DNA of 64,000 nucleotides from an uncultured bacterium (GCA_963977015.1 CAXBMO010000031.1:11731-75730); one strand, 5' to 3'. Counted from the stretch's first letter, positions 36,991 through 48,369 are shown. Numbers and translations are program-made. Notes: generated by a model not told the origin, from the letters alone.

Positions 36991-38916
36991 TTAGTCTGAA
37001 AATGGTGGTTTTTTCTCAAAAATTAGAGAATCTGCGCCAAGAAGTTCGAATTTCCGCCGCACCTTGGTTGCCCCCGATAACGCGACGATTTGAAGGTGAT
37101 CAATCGTCGGAACATTGACTAACAATTGTCTCTCAACGTCGTCCCAGTCCAGCCTTTCAGCGAATTTCCACCAAGAACCCTGGGAGGCTTTGATCCCCAA
37201 CACAATCATGGGTGGGGTCTGGAGATGCTCCAGCCGTTTTCGCGCAGCCCAGACTTCCCCAATCCCCTCCATTTTTGCGAACGCATCACAAAGTTCGGCC
37301 ACACGTTCTGCCGAAAGTTGGTGAGCCAAGAGTGAATCGCTTTTCGCGACACCCTCCCGTTCACCTTCCGCAGCTTTCATCTGATCTGACGCCGCCAGCT
37401 TGCGATCGCCCCAAGCCTGGGCCGCCTCAAAATCTCCGCGCTCGCGATTCCAACGCGCAAGAACTTCCGCCGCAGGAAACCGGTAACTTGGTTCGGCATG
37501 AAAAGCGCGCTCAACCAGCACTTCTCCCGAGACATCGCCTTCCTCCAGCATCCAACGCCCCAATCCCAACAGCGCTCCCGCGTGCGCCGGATCGCGCTCA
37601 AGAACTTCTCGAAACAGAGGAGCAGCCGCGGAGGCCCCTTGCAGCTCGCTTACCAATCGGGCTCGAATCCAGGCGTCTTCGATCGTGACGGAGCCCGCTT
37701 GGTGAAGCCGCTCTTCAATTCGATCAACGGCTCGCTGCTGCCCGAGCGCAAAGTAATGTGACTCCCTCCAAAGTTCCGCATTCTCCTGTTGCCACCGGAT
37801 ATCCAGTTCCTTCCGAAATTCATCCCGTCCTGTCCCCAAAAGTTGCTCACTCGCACCGTTTACCGGGAACTTGAGCATCGATTGAATCGTGGTTGCCTCC
37901 GTTGAAACCTGCCCCTCAAGCGCCATCCCCATCGCTGTGAGAGAATCCCGCAAACTTGGATGCGATTCGTCGGCCTCCGTTGCATCGACCAAACATTTGA
38001 CGAGAGAACGATGAACCTTGGCTGCGTCGAACGGTTGGGCCAGTTGACGGATGAGCTGCGAAACCGGGTCGTTCGGGGGTTCTTCATTCGCCACGGTTTG
38101 CCGCTGAAGTTCCTCGATGTAGTCGTCCATCACCAGATGATCCAGCATCGACATTCTCGCTTTTCCGGAGACGATCGCCTCCCGTCCGTAGTTCTCCATG
38201 GCCAAGCGGTCCGCCTCCAGTTCTTCCTGCCGGGCCAGAACATGGAGATGCGCCTTCAACATTGGCCAATGCCATCTCGCAAAAGCACCGAGGAGGAGCC
38301 GCACAATCAGAAACTCGCTACCTTCTGCGGCTTCGCTCCAACCTTCCCGCAACCTGACAAACCGAACCAGAAAGCGTCCATGACGGCGGGAAAGGTGCGC
38401 GAGTTCATGAGCCAGGATTCCCCGGAACTCCTCCATCGTGACCGCCTCCATAAGGGGAAGTCCCAGCACCAGTTCATTTCGATACGGCCCAACCCCGCCG
38501 ATCCTGGAAATCTGTCCAGCTCCCGCATTCATCTCCTCATTCAACCAGACGCGATGAATCTTCCGGATTCCGAGACGTTTTCGAACTCCGTCAATCTCCT
38601 CAAACAACCGGGGACAGGATTTCCAGCGAAGTCGAACCCCATTCAATCCCTCGATCCTGACATTGAATGGCGCATAGAGCAGAAAGCCGTTGAACAGGAA
38701 CACCATGCCCACCAACCAGGCGAACGCCTCGCTTTGAACCAGCATGCAACCCCACATCGCGGCGAAAAACGCGATCACATACGCCCCCCAGACCAGCGCC
38801 AGAAACCACCGGCCCCGATTCGCGATTCGCACCACTTTTCGGAGAAAGACTCTCGGCTCCGCTTCAGCATCGGCTTCCAGCTGACGAACAAGACTCGCGT
38901 AATCCTGACTCTTCAA
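36991..38916 (-). CDS. M48 family zinc metalloprotease with TPR-like C-terminal region
   Basis: LVLGLPL, LAHELAH, ELEAD, SHPSL; N-terminal transmembrane segments. Confidence 0.82.
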   Translation of the reverse strand: MKSQDYASLVRQLEADAEAEPRVFLRKVVRIANRGRWFLALVWGAYVIAFFAAMWGCMLVQSEAFAWLVGMVFLFNGFLLYAPFNVRIEGLNGVRLRWKSCPRLFEEIDGVRKRLGIRKIHRVWLNEEMNAGAGQISRIGGVGPYRNELVLGLPLMEAVTMEEFRGILAHELAHLSRRHGRFLVRFVRLREGWSEAAEGSEFLIVRLLLGAFARWHWPMLKAHLHVLARQEELEADRLAMENYGREAIVSGKARMSMLDHLVMDDYIEELQRQTVANEEPPNDPVSQLIRQLAQPFDAAKVHRSLVKCLVDATEADESHPSLRDSLTAMGMALEGQVSTEATTIQSMLKFPVNGASEQLLGTGRDEFRKELDIRWQQENAELWRESHYFALGQQRAVDRIEERLHQAGSVTIEDAWIRARLVSELQGASAAAPLFREVLERDPAHAGALLGLGRWMLEEGDVSGEVLVERAFHAEPSYRFPAAEVLARWNRERGDFEAAQAWGDRKLAASDQMKAAEGEREGVAKSDSLLAHQLSAERVAELCDAFAKMEGIGEVWAARKRLEHLQTPPMIVLGIKASQGSWWKFAERLDWDDVERQLLVNVPTIDHLQIVALSGATKVRRKFELLGADSLIFEKKPPFSD

Positions 38917-38943
38917 AAATTCGGGTTACCCAAGCACGAGGAC

Positions 38944-40833
38944 CTAATTTTTCTTCCCCTTTTTGGTGTATTCTTCCAACTCCTTCCCGCGAAGAACCGT
39001 CTGATCCGCTAGCACCAGGCTGACTTCACCACGGCTCTTTTCTGCGATAAACGTCAGCTTGTCCATCGCCTGCGGCACCATCAGGCAGATGGTATTGATC
39101 TTGGCGCGACCACTCCTGTTGTTGTGCTTGATCAAGTCGTCCAAGACCTTCTGACCGCCACCGTAGGCGCCATCCGTCATGAAGAAAATGGTATCCGGCC
39201 TCATGTTCATGGCCATGTAGAGCGGCGAACGCCAATCCGTGCCGTAAACCAGCTTGGTTTCCTCCACGTGCTTGATCGATTTGCGGATGTTGCTGCGGGT
39301 GGAGGAAACGTATTCCCCCTTGGGCAATTTGTCGGGATCGCCATCCTCATTTCCGTCCAGCCACCAGTTGGTCGCGCTTTTGCCGACCCAGCGCCATTCG
39401 TCGCGACCTTTCTCGGCCTTCACGGTCATGTCAGAGTTGTTTTTGGCCGCCACCTCCTGGCCATGATACCAAACCGGCCCCGAGAAAAAGATGCATTGAT
39501 ACTCGATTCCGCCAGGAAGGGCGTTGAGCGACTTGGCCAACTCTTTTCGCATCAGCTTGTCCTTGTCCTGCGATCGCATTGAGGCCGAATAATCCACCAC
39601 GAAGACGACCTTCTTCGATGTCGACTTGGATCCGAAAAAGGAAACCATGCCGCCATCTTCGCCCGCATCGAAACTCATGCTCGCGCCAAACGCGTCGCCC
39701 ATCCCGATGGGATCAAACGAGATCAGGTCGGTCTGAATATCCGGCATGGAAACGGCGGAAGCTCCCGCAACGCTGATCACTTCCATCTGGCTGGAGGCGG
39801 ATTGCACCGGCTTGCGTTGAACCTGCTTCTGAACCTCCTGAACCTGCATTGTGTCCTGATCGAGCACCTGCGCTGACGACGCGACAATCTGCGGAGGCGT
39901 CTCCTGAGGGAGATTCATGGCCACCAAGCCAAACAACAAACCCAGAACCACGTGCGCGACTAACGCCAACATCACCGCAGACATCTTCTGGTTCTTGTCG
40001 CTGGATTTCTCCATCGCCTTGACGATTTGGCCTTCTCCAGCCACCACGATGTGACGCGTTTGATGCAGGTGATTCTCAAACTCGACGACCTCGGCACCGC
40101 CCTGTTCCACGAGATGGGCATGGGCATCAAATGGCTCCGGCGTTACCATGTGCGCCGCCGTTTCCCTCAAGTCAGGAACCGGCGCAAGGCGACTCACCGG
40201 AGGTGCGACATCTGCCTCAACCGCTGGAATCGCAGCCAACGCAGATTCCGTCTCCTCAGGTTCTTCCACCGGCGCCGCTGCGGGAGCGGGGGCCGGAATC
40301 GCCTTCCCCGGGGGTGGCGTCAGTGGTGACGCGATTTGCGCGGGCGGGCTGACGGGCGCAATCTCCGGCTCGGGTTCGGGAGTGGACAATTGCGCGATGA
40401 CCTGGTCCGCCTCGGCGGCAGGCTGCGGGATGGTATCACCAAGATCCGCCAGTCTTACCGCCAACACATCGTCCGCCATTTCGGGCTTCAGGGCGACCGC
40501 CGTGTTGTAATGTTCGCGAGCCTTGTCGAGATCCCCTGTCTTGACGAGAACCTTGGCCAAAAGTTGATGGCCGACAGCTCCGGAAGGTTTCTGCGCAACG
40601 AAGGCGCTCAAGATGGGCTCGGCGACTCCGGGTTGACCAGCCTCCGTCGCAAACCTCACCACGTGCTCCAGCTCAGGTTCCGTGGCCGGAGCGGAAGTCG
40701 CCTCGGAAATAACCCGGAGCACTTCCGGAGCCGAGCCCCCCGCTTGCAACTTGTTCAAGAGTTCAAACCGGACCGTCCAATCATCCGGATTTTCCTGGAG
40801 GGCGTTGTAGAGAATCTGTTCGACGGCGTTCAT
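38944..40833 (-). CDS. TPR + Pro/Ala linker + TM + vWA domain protein
   Basis: N-terminal TPR-like helices, TM AVMLALVAHVVLGLLF, vWA MIDAS VVFVVDYSASM and IFFMTDG. Confidence 0.72.
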   Translation of the reverse strand: MNAVEQILYNALQENPDDWTVRFELLNKLQAGGSAPEVLRVISEATSAPATEPELEHVVRFATEAGQPGVAEPILSAFVAQKPSGAVGHQLLAKVLVKTGDLDKAREHYNTAVALKPEMADDVLAVRLADLGDTIPQPAAEADQVIAQLSTPEPEPEIAPVSPPAQIASPLTPPPGKAIPAPAPAAAPVEEPEETESALAAIPAVEADVAPPVSRLAPVPDLRETAAHMVTPEPFDAHAHLVEQGGAEVVEFENHLHQTRHIVVAGEGQIVKAMEKSSDKNQKMSAVMLALVAHVVLGLLFGLVAMNLPQETPPQIVASSAQVLDQDTMQVQEVQKQVQRKPVQSASSQMEVISVAGASAVSMPDIQTDLISFDPIGMGDAFGASMSFDAGEDGGMVSFFGSKSTSKKVVFVVDYSASMRSQDKDKLMRKELAKSLNALPGGIEYQCIFFSGPVWYHGQEVAAKNNSDMTVKAEKGRDEWRWVGKSATNWWLDGNEDGDPDKLPKGEYVSSTRSNIRKSIKHVEETKLVYGTDWRSPLYMAMNMRPDTIFFMTDGAYGGGQKVLDDLIKHNNRSGRAKINTICLMVPQAMDKLTFIAEKSRGEVSLVLADQTVLRGKELEEYTKKGKKN

Positions 40834-40972
40834 GGATATATTTCGTCGTTTGTACAGACGCTCCAGCGACGGTCAATCTTGGAAAACAGCGAATATTTTT
40901 CCTGGTTCTCCTTTGTTGATGAAAATCGGCGAGCCCGGGAGTTGACGTCGTCGCTTCGTTGCCTACGTCTAA

Positions 40973-42502
40973 ATGGTGTTCCGATTTTTTCCTCCCCTCT
41001 GCTTTGTGCTGTTCGGTTTGGTGACCGTTTCCTTTGCGCAGAAACCTAACATCCTGCTGATCTACACTGACGATCATACTCACCGGGCGGTCAGTTGTTA
41101 CCCGGAGGCTTGGGACTGGGTCAAGACCCCAAATATTGATGCGTTAGCCGAAAAAGGAGTCCGCTTTCATCATGCCACAATCGGAACGTGGTGCATGCCG
41201 TCGCGGGCCACGATCCTGACCGGCCGCCTCCAGTTTGGGGTCGAATCGATGAAGATGGATGGCGAGTACCCCGGCAGCACCTACAACCCCAAGAAGTGCC
41301 AATTCTGGCCAAGCACGTTTCGGAAGAATGGCTACACCACCGCCCAGATTGGAAAATGGCACACCGGTGTCGATTCCGGATACGATCGTGATTGGGATCA
41401 CCAGGTGGTTTGGAATCGCCCGAAATATCCCGCCAATGCCGGCAACTACTACTACGACCAACAACTCGAAATCAACGGCGTCCCGATCAAGGTCCCCGGC
41501 TACTCAACGGACAATTACACCAACTGGGCGGTCGACTTCATCAACGGTTCCAATCGCGATGAGAACAAGCCCTGGTATCTCTGGGTTTGCTACGGCGCGG
41601 TTCACGGCCCCTTCACCCCGGCCGAACGCCACCTCAAGGATTACCCGGAAGTGACGGTCCCCATTCCGGCGGATATCTACCCTCCACGCCCTGGAAAACC
41701 GGCCTATGTCAATGCCATGGAAAACTGGATTCCCGGCAAAAACGGCCAACCGGAGCTGAAGGGTGGCTTTCAGGCGCGAACCGTCGATACGCAGGGCGTT
41801 CACGGCAACACGCTCAATGACTGGGTGCGCCAGGTTCATCAAGGCGTCCGCGCGATTGATGAAGGCGTCGGGAAAATGATCGATGCCTTGACTGCATCCA
41901 AACAGCTCCACAACACGCTCGTCGTTTTCACGTCCGATCAGGGAATGGGATGGGGACAGCACGGATTCCGCCACAAACTCGGCCCCTACGACGCAACGAT
42001 CCGCAGCCCCCTCATTTTCAGCATGCCGGGAACGCTCCCCGAAGGCAAAGTCTGCATGTCTCCGGTTGGAGGCCAGGACCTCCCTCCCACATTTTTCTCG
42101 TTTGCCGGGATTGATCTGCCTTGGGAAATGCATGGCCAGGATCTGACTCCGCAGCTCAAAAACCCGGCAACACCACGCAAGGAGCCTGTCCTCATGGCCC
42201 TGACATCCGACCGCTACGGTTCCGCGACCAAGAAGATTCCCGACCCGCAACATCAAATGCTGGCAGGCGTTCCCTGGTGGGTTTCGCTCACCGAGCAACA
42301 TTTCAAGTACATCCGCACCCTCACCGAAGGCGAAACCGAGGAGCTCTACGATTTATCCCGCGACCCGGAGGAACTCGACAACCTTGCGCTCAACGCGCAG
42401 TTTCGGGAAAAGCTGCTCGAAATGCGGGGAAAAACGCTGAAGGAGCTGAAACGCACCAAGGCCCCCTTCCTCGAATCGCTTCCCGCAGTCGCGGCGCCCT
42501 GA
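40973..42502 (+). CDS. S1 sulfatase
   Basis: KPNILLIYTDDH, CMPSRATILTGR, GKWH, SDQG. Confidence 0.88.
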   Translation: MVFRFFPPLCFVLFGLVTVSFAQKPNILLIYTDDHTHRAVSCYPEAWDWVKTPNIDALAEKGVRFHHATIGTWCMPSRATILTGRLQFGVESMKMDGEYPGSTYNPKKCQFWPSTFRKNGYTTAQIGKWHTGVDSGYDRDWDHQVVWNRPKYPANAGNYYYDQQLEINGVPIKVPGYSTDNYTNWAVDFINGSNRDENKPWYLWVCYGAVHGPFTPAERHLKDYPEVTVPIPADIYPPRPGKPAYVNAMENWIPGKNGQPELKGGFQARTVDTQGVHGNTLNDWVRQVHQGVRAIDEGVGKMIDALTASKQLHNTLVVFTSDQGMGWGQHGFRHKLGPYDATIRSPLIFSMPGTLPEGKVCMSPVGGQDLPPTFFSFAGIDLPWEMHGQDLTPQLKNPATPRKEPVLMALTSDRYGSATKKIPDPQHQMLAGVPWWVSLTEQHFKYIRTLTEGETEELYDLSRDPEELDNLALNAQFREKLLEMRGKTLKELKRTKAPFLESLPAVAAP

Positions 42503-42516
42503 CACAGGGTTCCCGG

Positions 42517-43872
42517 TTACTCTGAGGTGTCGAAGGGAACCGGAGGACGGGGTCCCTCCGGGGTAATCTGATCGAAAAGCTCGCTTAACCTGCCTTTCGC
42601 AGCCTGCGCGTCAGGATTGGCTTCCTCCGCCAACGGTTCTGCGGGCAACTTCCGGGCATCCCGGAGCGCCCCACTCTTCCGAAACAATCGCCACGCCCCA
42701 TCAAAGAGGTTCTCGCCACCCCTGTTTCCACCAATCGCATGATGCACCCAATCGCGGGGAATCCCCGGCTTCCCATGAATCTGGGAAACAATGCTTCGTC
42801 CATCAATCGCCAACGCGTCAGGCAAGTCTGTTGAGGAAAGTTCACAGAAGGTGGGGAACAGATCCACCACGTCGATCAGGTCATCACAGCGCCCTCCGGC
42901 AGGAACCGCTGCCGGCCCCCAGACAATCAACGGAACATGCGTCCCGGCGTCTCCCAGTTGAAACTTCCCACCATTCACGTTTCCGGCCCTTGTATGCCGG
43001 GTGTGGCGGCGCTCGTTCGGTTGCCCTGCCTTCGGGTTCTTGAAATCGGTCTCGTGAGTGCCGTTGTCCCCCATAAAGATCACGTAGGTATTGTCCTTGA
43101 TCCCCAGATTCTCCACCTCGTCCAGCAATCTCCCGACGAGTTGATCCATGTAGTTGATCATGTTGCCGAGGCTCGCGTCCCGCCCCAACTTTCGATCGTC
43201 CGGAGTGTCGATAATCGGATCATGGGGAAGAAGTTCATTGTGGACGATGAGAAAGGGCTGCTTGGCGGCTTTCGCCTCCTGCATTTGCTCCACCACATAG
43301 TCGGCCAGCACATCGGGGCCAAAGCGCTGAGAGATGTCATCGCGAATCTTGCCATCCTCGTTATACGTGGGGTTCCAGTGACGCAGCGTCTTCCGGCCTT
43401 CACGCCAGATTTGCCACACACACCACGAATCAAACCCCGCATTCCGAATATGATCCGGCCAGACTTCGAGCGTCGCCAACTGCCACTTCCCGGTGGTGCT
43501 GGTGAGATACCCATTCTTTCTCAGTTGCTGAGCAAAAGTGGGAAACCTCTCGAAATTGACCTTCCTGGCCGTGCCGTGGTGAACCGGAAGTACCCCGTCG
43601 TGACCATGGCGCGGCACGTAAAGCCCCGTGTGCAGACTCACTCTTGAAGGCGTACAGACCGGGCTCGTGTAAGCCCGGGAAAACTGAATCCCCTCCGAAG
43701 CCATTCGATTGAGATTCGGCGTCTCAAAATCCAGACCACCATAGGAATTTACGGCCTCATACCCGATATCATCGGCAAAAATGAGGAGAATATTGGGACG
43801 CTCGGCAGACTCGAGCGTTCCGGCGACAGCCCAACAAAGAGCCATCACGGATAAGATCGGGGTTTTCATCAC
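42517..43872 (-). CDS. S1 sulfatase
   Basis: RPNILLIFADDIG, CTPSRVSLHTG, GKWQL, GDNG. Confidence 0.88.
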   Translation of the reverse strand: MMKTPILSVMALCWAVAGTLESAERPNILLIFADDIGYEAVNSYGGLDFETPNLNRMASEGIQFSRAYTSPVCTPSRVSLHTGLYVPRHGHDGVLPVHHGTARKVNFERFPTFAQQLRKNGYLTSTTGKWQLATLEVWPDHIRNAGFDSWCVWQIWREGRKTLRHWNPTYNEDGKIRDDISQRFGPDVLADYVVEQMQEAKAAKQPFLIVHNELLPHDPIIDTPDDRKLGRDASLGNMINYMDQLVGRLLDEVENLGIKDNTYVIFMGDNGTHETDFKNPKAGQPNERRHTRHTRAGNVNGGKFQLGDAGTHVPLIVWGPAAVPAGGRCDDLIDVVDLFPTFCELSSTDLPDALAIDGRSIVSQIHGKPGIPRDWVHHAIGGNRGGENLFDGAWRLFRKSGALRDARKLPAEPLAEEANPDAQAAKGRLSELFDQITPEGPRPPVPFDTSE

Positions 43873-43890
43873 GTTCCGGGTGGACCTGAT

Positions 43891-45705
43891 TTACTTCGTC
43901 GGTTTCAGGGCGGGAAGTTGTTCCTCCAAAACCCCCTTTGCTTTCGGCCACGCCAGGTAAGCCTCCACGATCATCCAGGCCTCCAACGCCAGGGTCGCAA
44001 TCCCAATCGTGGTCAGCAGAATATTGCCTTTCGCGATGTAACCATTCTCACCAAACACATTGATGGACATCGCATAACCTGGCAGCAACAACATCAACAC
44101 CGTCGGAATCGCGACAAACCAGATCGGCAGGTTGCGTCGCCACATCCAGAAGGTGATCACCAAAAAGGCGAGACCACCGAGCAGTTGGTTCGTCGCCCCA
44201 AACAAGGGCCAAAGCAACAGGCCGCCTTTCCCGGCGGTTCCCCACTCCCAGGCAGTTCCCGCCACAGGAAGCGCAGCGATCATCGCCGCAATCGTCACCG
44301 CAAAAATAGTCGCGGAATGCTTGTTGGTCAGCGGCTGAAACTTGATCGTCGAGGCAAGTTCCTGGGTCACATAACGCTGAAGCCGGCAGGCCGTATCGAG
44401 CGTGGTTGCCGCAAATGACGCGACGAAAACGCCCATCAGCGCAATCGCAAAGCCCGGAGGCATTCCCAGCGCTTTCAGAAAATTCGCCGCGCCTTCCACG
44501 AACGCCCCCACCTTCGCACCGAGCCCGTTTGCCGCATTCCAGGAAGCATAACGCGCCTCATAGGCCGCACTTCCGGATAGAAACGTCCCCTCCGCATTGG
44601 TCATCCCGAGTCCCAGCCCGGCAACGCAGGCCAGAATCACCAACACCGCCAAAAATCCTTCGGTCAACATGGAACCATACCCAACAAACTGCGCATCCGT
44701 CTCGCACTTGATCTGCTTGCTTGAGGTCCCGGAGGAAACCAGGCAGTGAAACCCGGAAATCGCGCCACAGGCAATCGTGATGAAGAGAAAGGGGAAGATG
44801 AACGGAGCTCCCTCCGGCGCGAGTCGAACCGCGGGAGCCGCGATCTCCAAAGCCGGTCTTGCCACCGATTCCCCGGCCGGTGCACCGCCAAACAAAGCCG
44901 CCGCAACCAACCCAATCACCACCAGCCCCAGCACACTCAACAGCTGGAGACTGTTGATGTAATCGCGTGGCTGCAACAAGGTCCAGACCGGCAGAACTGA
45001 AGCAACATAGGAGTAAACCAGAAGCACGACCACCCACGTCATGATCGGCCAGGAAGCCAACGTCTGGTTGAAGCTTCCCAAAAACCCCACATCACCAAAC
45101 GCCACCGTCAAATACATCACGACGAGGGCAATCAAGGACGGGATCAGCAAATTTGCTCCCTTTCGGTGCAAGGTCATGCCAATGACCACCGCGAGCGGAA
45201 TCTGAATCAGGCAGGGAAAAATCGCAGCGGGATATTGCTTGAAGACCGCCGCAATCACCAGCCCGAAAATCGCCAACACAATGGTGAGCGCCATGAAAAG
45301 AATCGAGAGAAAGAGAACCCTCGTCCGCGGAGCCAGCATTCGCCCTGCGATATCCCCAACCGTCTGCCCCCGGTTCCGCATCGAAATGACGAGCGCGCCA
45401 AAATCGTGCACCGCGCCGATAAAAATGGATCCAAAAAGCACCCAAAGCAGAGCCGGCACCCACCCCCAAATTACCGCGACCGCAGGCCCCACAATCGGTC
45501 CCGTCCCGGCAATTGACGTAAAATGATGCCCGAAAATCACGCCCTTGTCCGTCGGAACGAAGTCCCGATCATCCCGCAACGCCACGCTCGGCACCTGCGC
45601 CTTCGTGCTCAGTTTGAAGATCTTATGCCCAAGCCACCTTCCGTAGGTGTTGTAGGCAATGATGTAAAGAACGAGGGCTCCGAGGGCGATGGCTAGGGTT
45701 TGCAT
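43891..45705 (-). CDS. cstA: Carbon starvation protein A (peptide/pyruvate transporter family)
   Basis: FGHHFTSIAGTGPIVGP, LLQPRDYINS, IACGAISGFH, TTLDTACR, WPLFGATNQLL. Confidence 0.92.
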   Translation of the reverse strand: MQTLAIALGALVLYIIAYNTYGRWLGHKIFKLSTKAQVPSVALRDDRDFVPTDKGVIFGHHFTSIAGTGPIVGPAVAVIWGWVPALLWVLFGSIFIGAVHDFGALVISMRNRGQTVGDIAGRMLAPRTRVLFLSILFMALTIVLAIFGLVIAAVFKQYPAAIFPCLIQIPLAVVIGMTLHRKGANLLIPSLIALVVMYLTVAFGDVGFLGSFNQTLASWPIMTWVVVLLVYSYVASVLPVWTLLQPRDYINSLQLLSVLGLVVIGLVAAALFGGAPAGESVARPALEIAAPAVRLAPEGAPFIFPFLFITIACGAISGFHCLVSSGTSSKQIKCETDAQFVGYGSMLTEGFLAVLVILACVAGLGLGMTNAEGTFLSGSAAYEARYASWNAANGLGAKVGAFVEGAANFLKALGMPPGFAIALMGVFVASFAATTLDTACRLQRYVTQELASTIKFQPLTNKHSATIFAVTIAAMIAALPVAGTAWEWGTAGKGGLLLWPLFGATNQLLGGLAFLVITFWMWRRNLPIWFVAIPTVLMLLLPGYAMSINVFGENGYIAKGNILLTTIGIATLALEAWMIVEAYLAWPKAKGVLEEQLPALKPTK

Positions 45706-45975
45706 GATGAAAGCCGGACGCTAGATCGCCCCACCCGAGGATTCCAGTCGAATTTTTTGGCGTTAGATCGACATTTTACCGAAATGCTGACCGGATTTCC
45801 TCTGGCGTGAATAAATCGGGAAATGCAGATCTTCTGCGGCACCAGTTGTAGTTGTGAGGTCGCCGCGATCGAGGATTTGGCGATCGGGAGCTAAGAAGTT
45901 GCTGTCGATCAACGTAGCTGCCGCAGTTTGCTAAAGATGGTGAACTGAGGCGGGACGCCTCAGCTACAATCAACG

Positions 45976-48207
45976 CTACTTGCGTCGCCGGCGCTTGGCG
46001 CCCGCAGCGTTGGCTTTCTTTGCCTTGGGCCAGTTGGAACTCTTGCGCTTGGACTTGCCGGAATCGCGGCGCGGCGATCGCGAGGATCTGCCGCGCTTGA
46101 CCTTGGGCCCCTTGTTGACCAGGCGGAAGTCGACCTGTTTTTTGAAGCTATCGACCTTGGCGACTTCAACCTCGATCAAATCCCCCAACCGAATGACGCG
46201 TTTACTCGCCCGGCCGCGAACTTCGCCCCGCGTGGGCTCAAAGTCGTAGAAGTCATCATCCAACAGGGAAAGCGGCACCAATCCCCGCATTCCAAGATCG
46301 GGAACATCGACGAAGATGCCAAAGTTTCGAACATCCGTAACCAATGCGCTGTATGGCTGCGGGTTCTCTGCATTGATCTGGGCCTGGAGGTAGGCAAACA
46401 TCTTGACCGATTTACTGTCGCGCTCAGCATCGGACGAGTTGCGCTCCGTGCCGGAGATGTGATCGGCAATGCGGATGAGCGTTTTCTCGTTGCCCGCCTT
46501 TTTTTCGAAGAGGCTGCGATGGACGATGAGGTCGGCGTAACGCCGAATGGGTGAGGTGAAATGGGTATACCGCTGCTTGGCAAGTCCGTAGTGGCCCAAG
46601 GATTGAACGGAGTAGCGTGCCCGCATGAGCGACTTGAGAAAGCCGATTTTGAGAGCGGGACCGATGGGAAGTTTCCCGAGTCGACCAAGCAGCTTCCGCA
46701 CTTCTTCCGCCTTCTCGAGATTACCGCATCGAATGTTATGACTAAGCACTTCTTCACGATACTCGACGAGGCGCTTGCCATCGGGTTCCTCGTGCACGCG
46801 GTGAATGGTGGGGCGCTTGAGTTTGAGCAACCGGCCGGCGACGGCTTCATTGGCGAGGAGCATGAATTCCTCAATGAGTTGGTGCGAGACGTCATTGTCG
46901 ACTTTCTCGATCTTGAGGACTTTGCCGTGATCGTCGAGGCGAATCTTGGTTTCGGGAAAGTCGAGATCGAGGGAACCTGCATCAAAGCGCAGCTTGCGAA
47001 TCCGCTGCGAGAGCTTGCCCGCCATTTGGAGCATGCGCTCGATTTCGGAGGTGGCTTTGCCTTCGAGAACGGTTAACGCCTCCTCATAACTGAAGCGCTG
47101 CTTGGAATGAATGACGGCAGGGTAACAACGCGAGTTCATGACCTTCCCGTTCTCGTTAATGAGGAATTCGACGCACTTGGTGAGGCGATCGACGTGAGGT
47201 TTCAGCGAGCAGAGTTCGTTGCTGAGGGCCTCGGGGAGCATGGGAATAACGCGATCGACGAGGTAGGTGGAATTTCCGCGACTGCGCGCCTCCGCATCGA
47301 GAGCGGAGCCAGGCTTCACATAATGGGAAACGTCCGCAATGTGAACCCACAGCTTCCATTGCTTCGACTCAGTCTGCTTGAGGAAGAAGGCGTCATCAAA
47401 GTCCTTCGCGTCCGCCGGATCGATGGTGATAACGTTGTGGGATCGGCAATCGGTGCGCCCTTCGCAGTCCTTTTCGGAAACCTCGGCGCCATAACCCTTG
47501 ACCTCCTGCAGCACTTTGGGCGGGAACTTGAGAGGAAGATCGTACTGCCGAAGCACGGCCAACATATCCACCCCTTCCTCCGTCGGTGGTCCCAACACTT
47601 CGGTAATGGTCCCTTCAGGATTGGTATGACGCGAGAGCCATTCCCCAAGCTGAACGACGACCTTGTCCCCCACCCTGGCCTCACGCCCAACATCGCGAGC
47701 AGGCGGGACATAGATATCGTGCGGCATGCGTGGATCATCCGGCACCACAAAGAGAAACTCCTTGCTGCGTTGCAACGTTCCCACGATTTGACTGCGCTTT
47801 CGCTCGAGCACACGAACAACGCTGCCCTTGTCAGTCTCGCCTACTTTGGCCCGTAAGCCGCGTGGGCGAACGTCGCGCCGCACCAGAACATGATCGTCGT
47901 GAAGGGCCGTGCCGGTCGCCCGTTCCGGAATCGCAATCTCGCCAAGCCCCGGCTCGTCCGGCATGAGGAAGCCGCGTCCGGATTGGGTGATTTGGATGCG
48001 ACCGGGAATCAGGTCTGCTTCATTGGGGAGAATGTAGCGATTCCCCTTGATCCGCGCGACGCGGCCCAGTTGCTCCAACTCGCGCAATGCTTTCTGCAGC
48101 GTCTGCTGTTGGTTGCGCGGCAAACTCAGGCCACGCAGAAGTTCCGGAACATTGGCCGGCACATAGTCTTTGCGACCCAGGAACTTCAGGATTTTTTCTT
48201 CTATCAT
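45976..48207 (-). CDS. rnr: Ribonuclease R
   Basis: TIDPADAKDFDDA, HIADVSHYV, IEEFMLLAN, YTHFTSPIRRYADL, S1 domain and basic tail. Confidence 0.9.
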   Translation of the reverse strand: MIEEKILKFLGRKDYVPANVPELLRGLSLPRNQQQTLQKALRELEQLGRVARIKGNRYILPNEADLIPGRIQITQSGRGFLMPDEPGLGEIAIPERATGTALHDDHVLVRRDVRPRGLRAKVGETDKGSVVRVLERKRSQIVGTLQRSKEFLFVVPDDPRMPHDIYVPPARDVGREARVGDKVVVQLGEWLSRHTNPEGTITEVLGPPTEEGVDMLAVLRQYDLPLKFPPKVLQEVKGYGAEVSEKDCEGRTDCRSHNVITIDPADAKDFDDAFFLKQTESKQWKLWVHIADVSHYVKPGSALDAEARSRGNSTYLVDRVIPMLPEALSNELCSLKPHVDRLTKCVEFLINENGKVMNSRCYPAVIHSKQRFSYEEALTVLEGKATSEIERMLQMAGKLSQRIRKLRFDAGSLDLDFPETKIRLDDHGKVLKIEKVDNDVSHQLIEEFMLLANEAVAGRLLKLKRPTIHRVHEEPDGKRLVEYREEVLSHNIRCGNLEKAEEVRKLLGRLGKLPIGPALKIGFLKSLMRARYSVQSLGHYGLAKQRYTHFTSPIRRYADLIVHRSLFEKKAGNEKTLIRIADHISGTERNSSDAERDSKSVKMFAYLQAQINAENPQPYSALVTDVRNFGIFVDVPDLGMRGLVPLSLLDDDFYDFEPTRGEVRGRASKRVIRLGDLIEVEVAKVDSFKKQVDFRLVNKGPKVKRGRSSRSPRRDSGKSKRKSSNWPKAKKANAAGAKRRRRK

Positions 48208-48369
48208 AAATACAAACTTCTTTCAAAACCCCGCCCTACAGCAGCACCAATATGGCCTTCCACTGATTCCACAATCCCGAAGTCATGCCACGATGAAACG
48301 AAAACGGCATTCGGGATTGCCCTTGGGCGATGTTTGATGCCCCGGGCGGGGTGGGTTAGCAAAGCTGCC

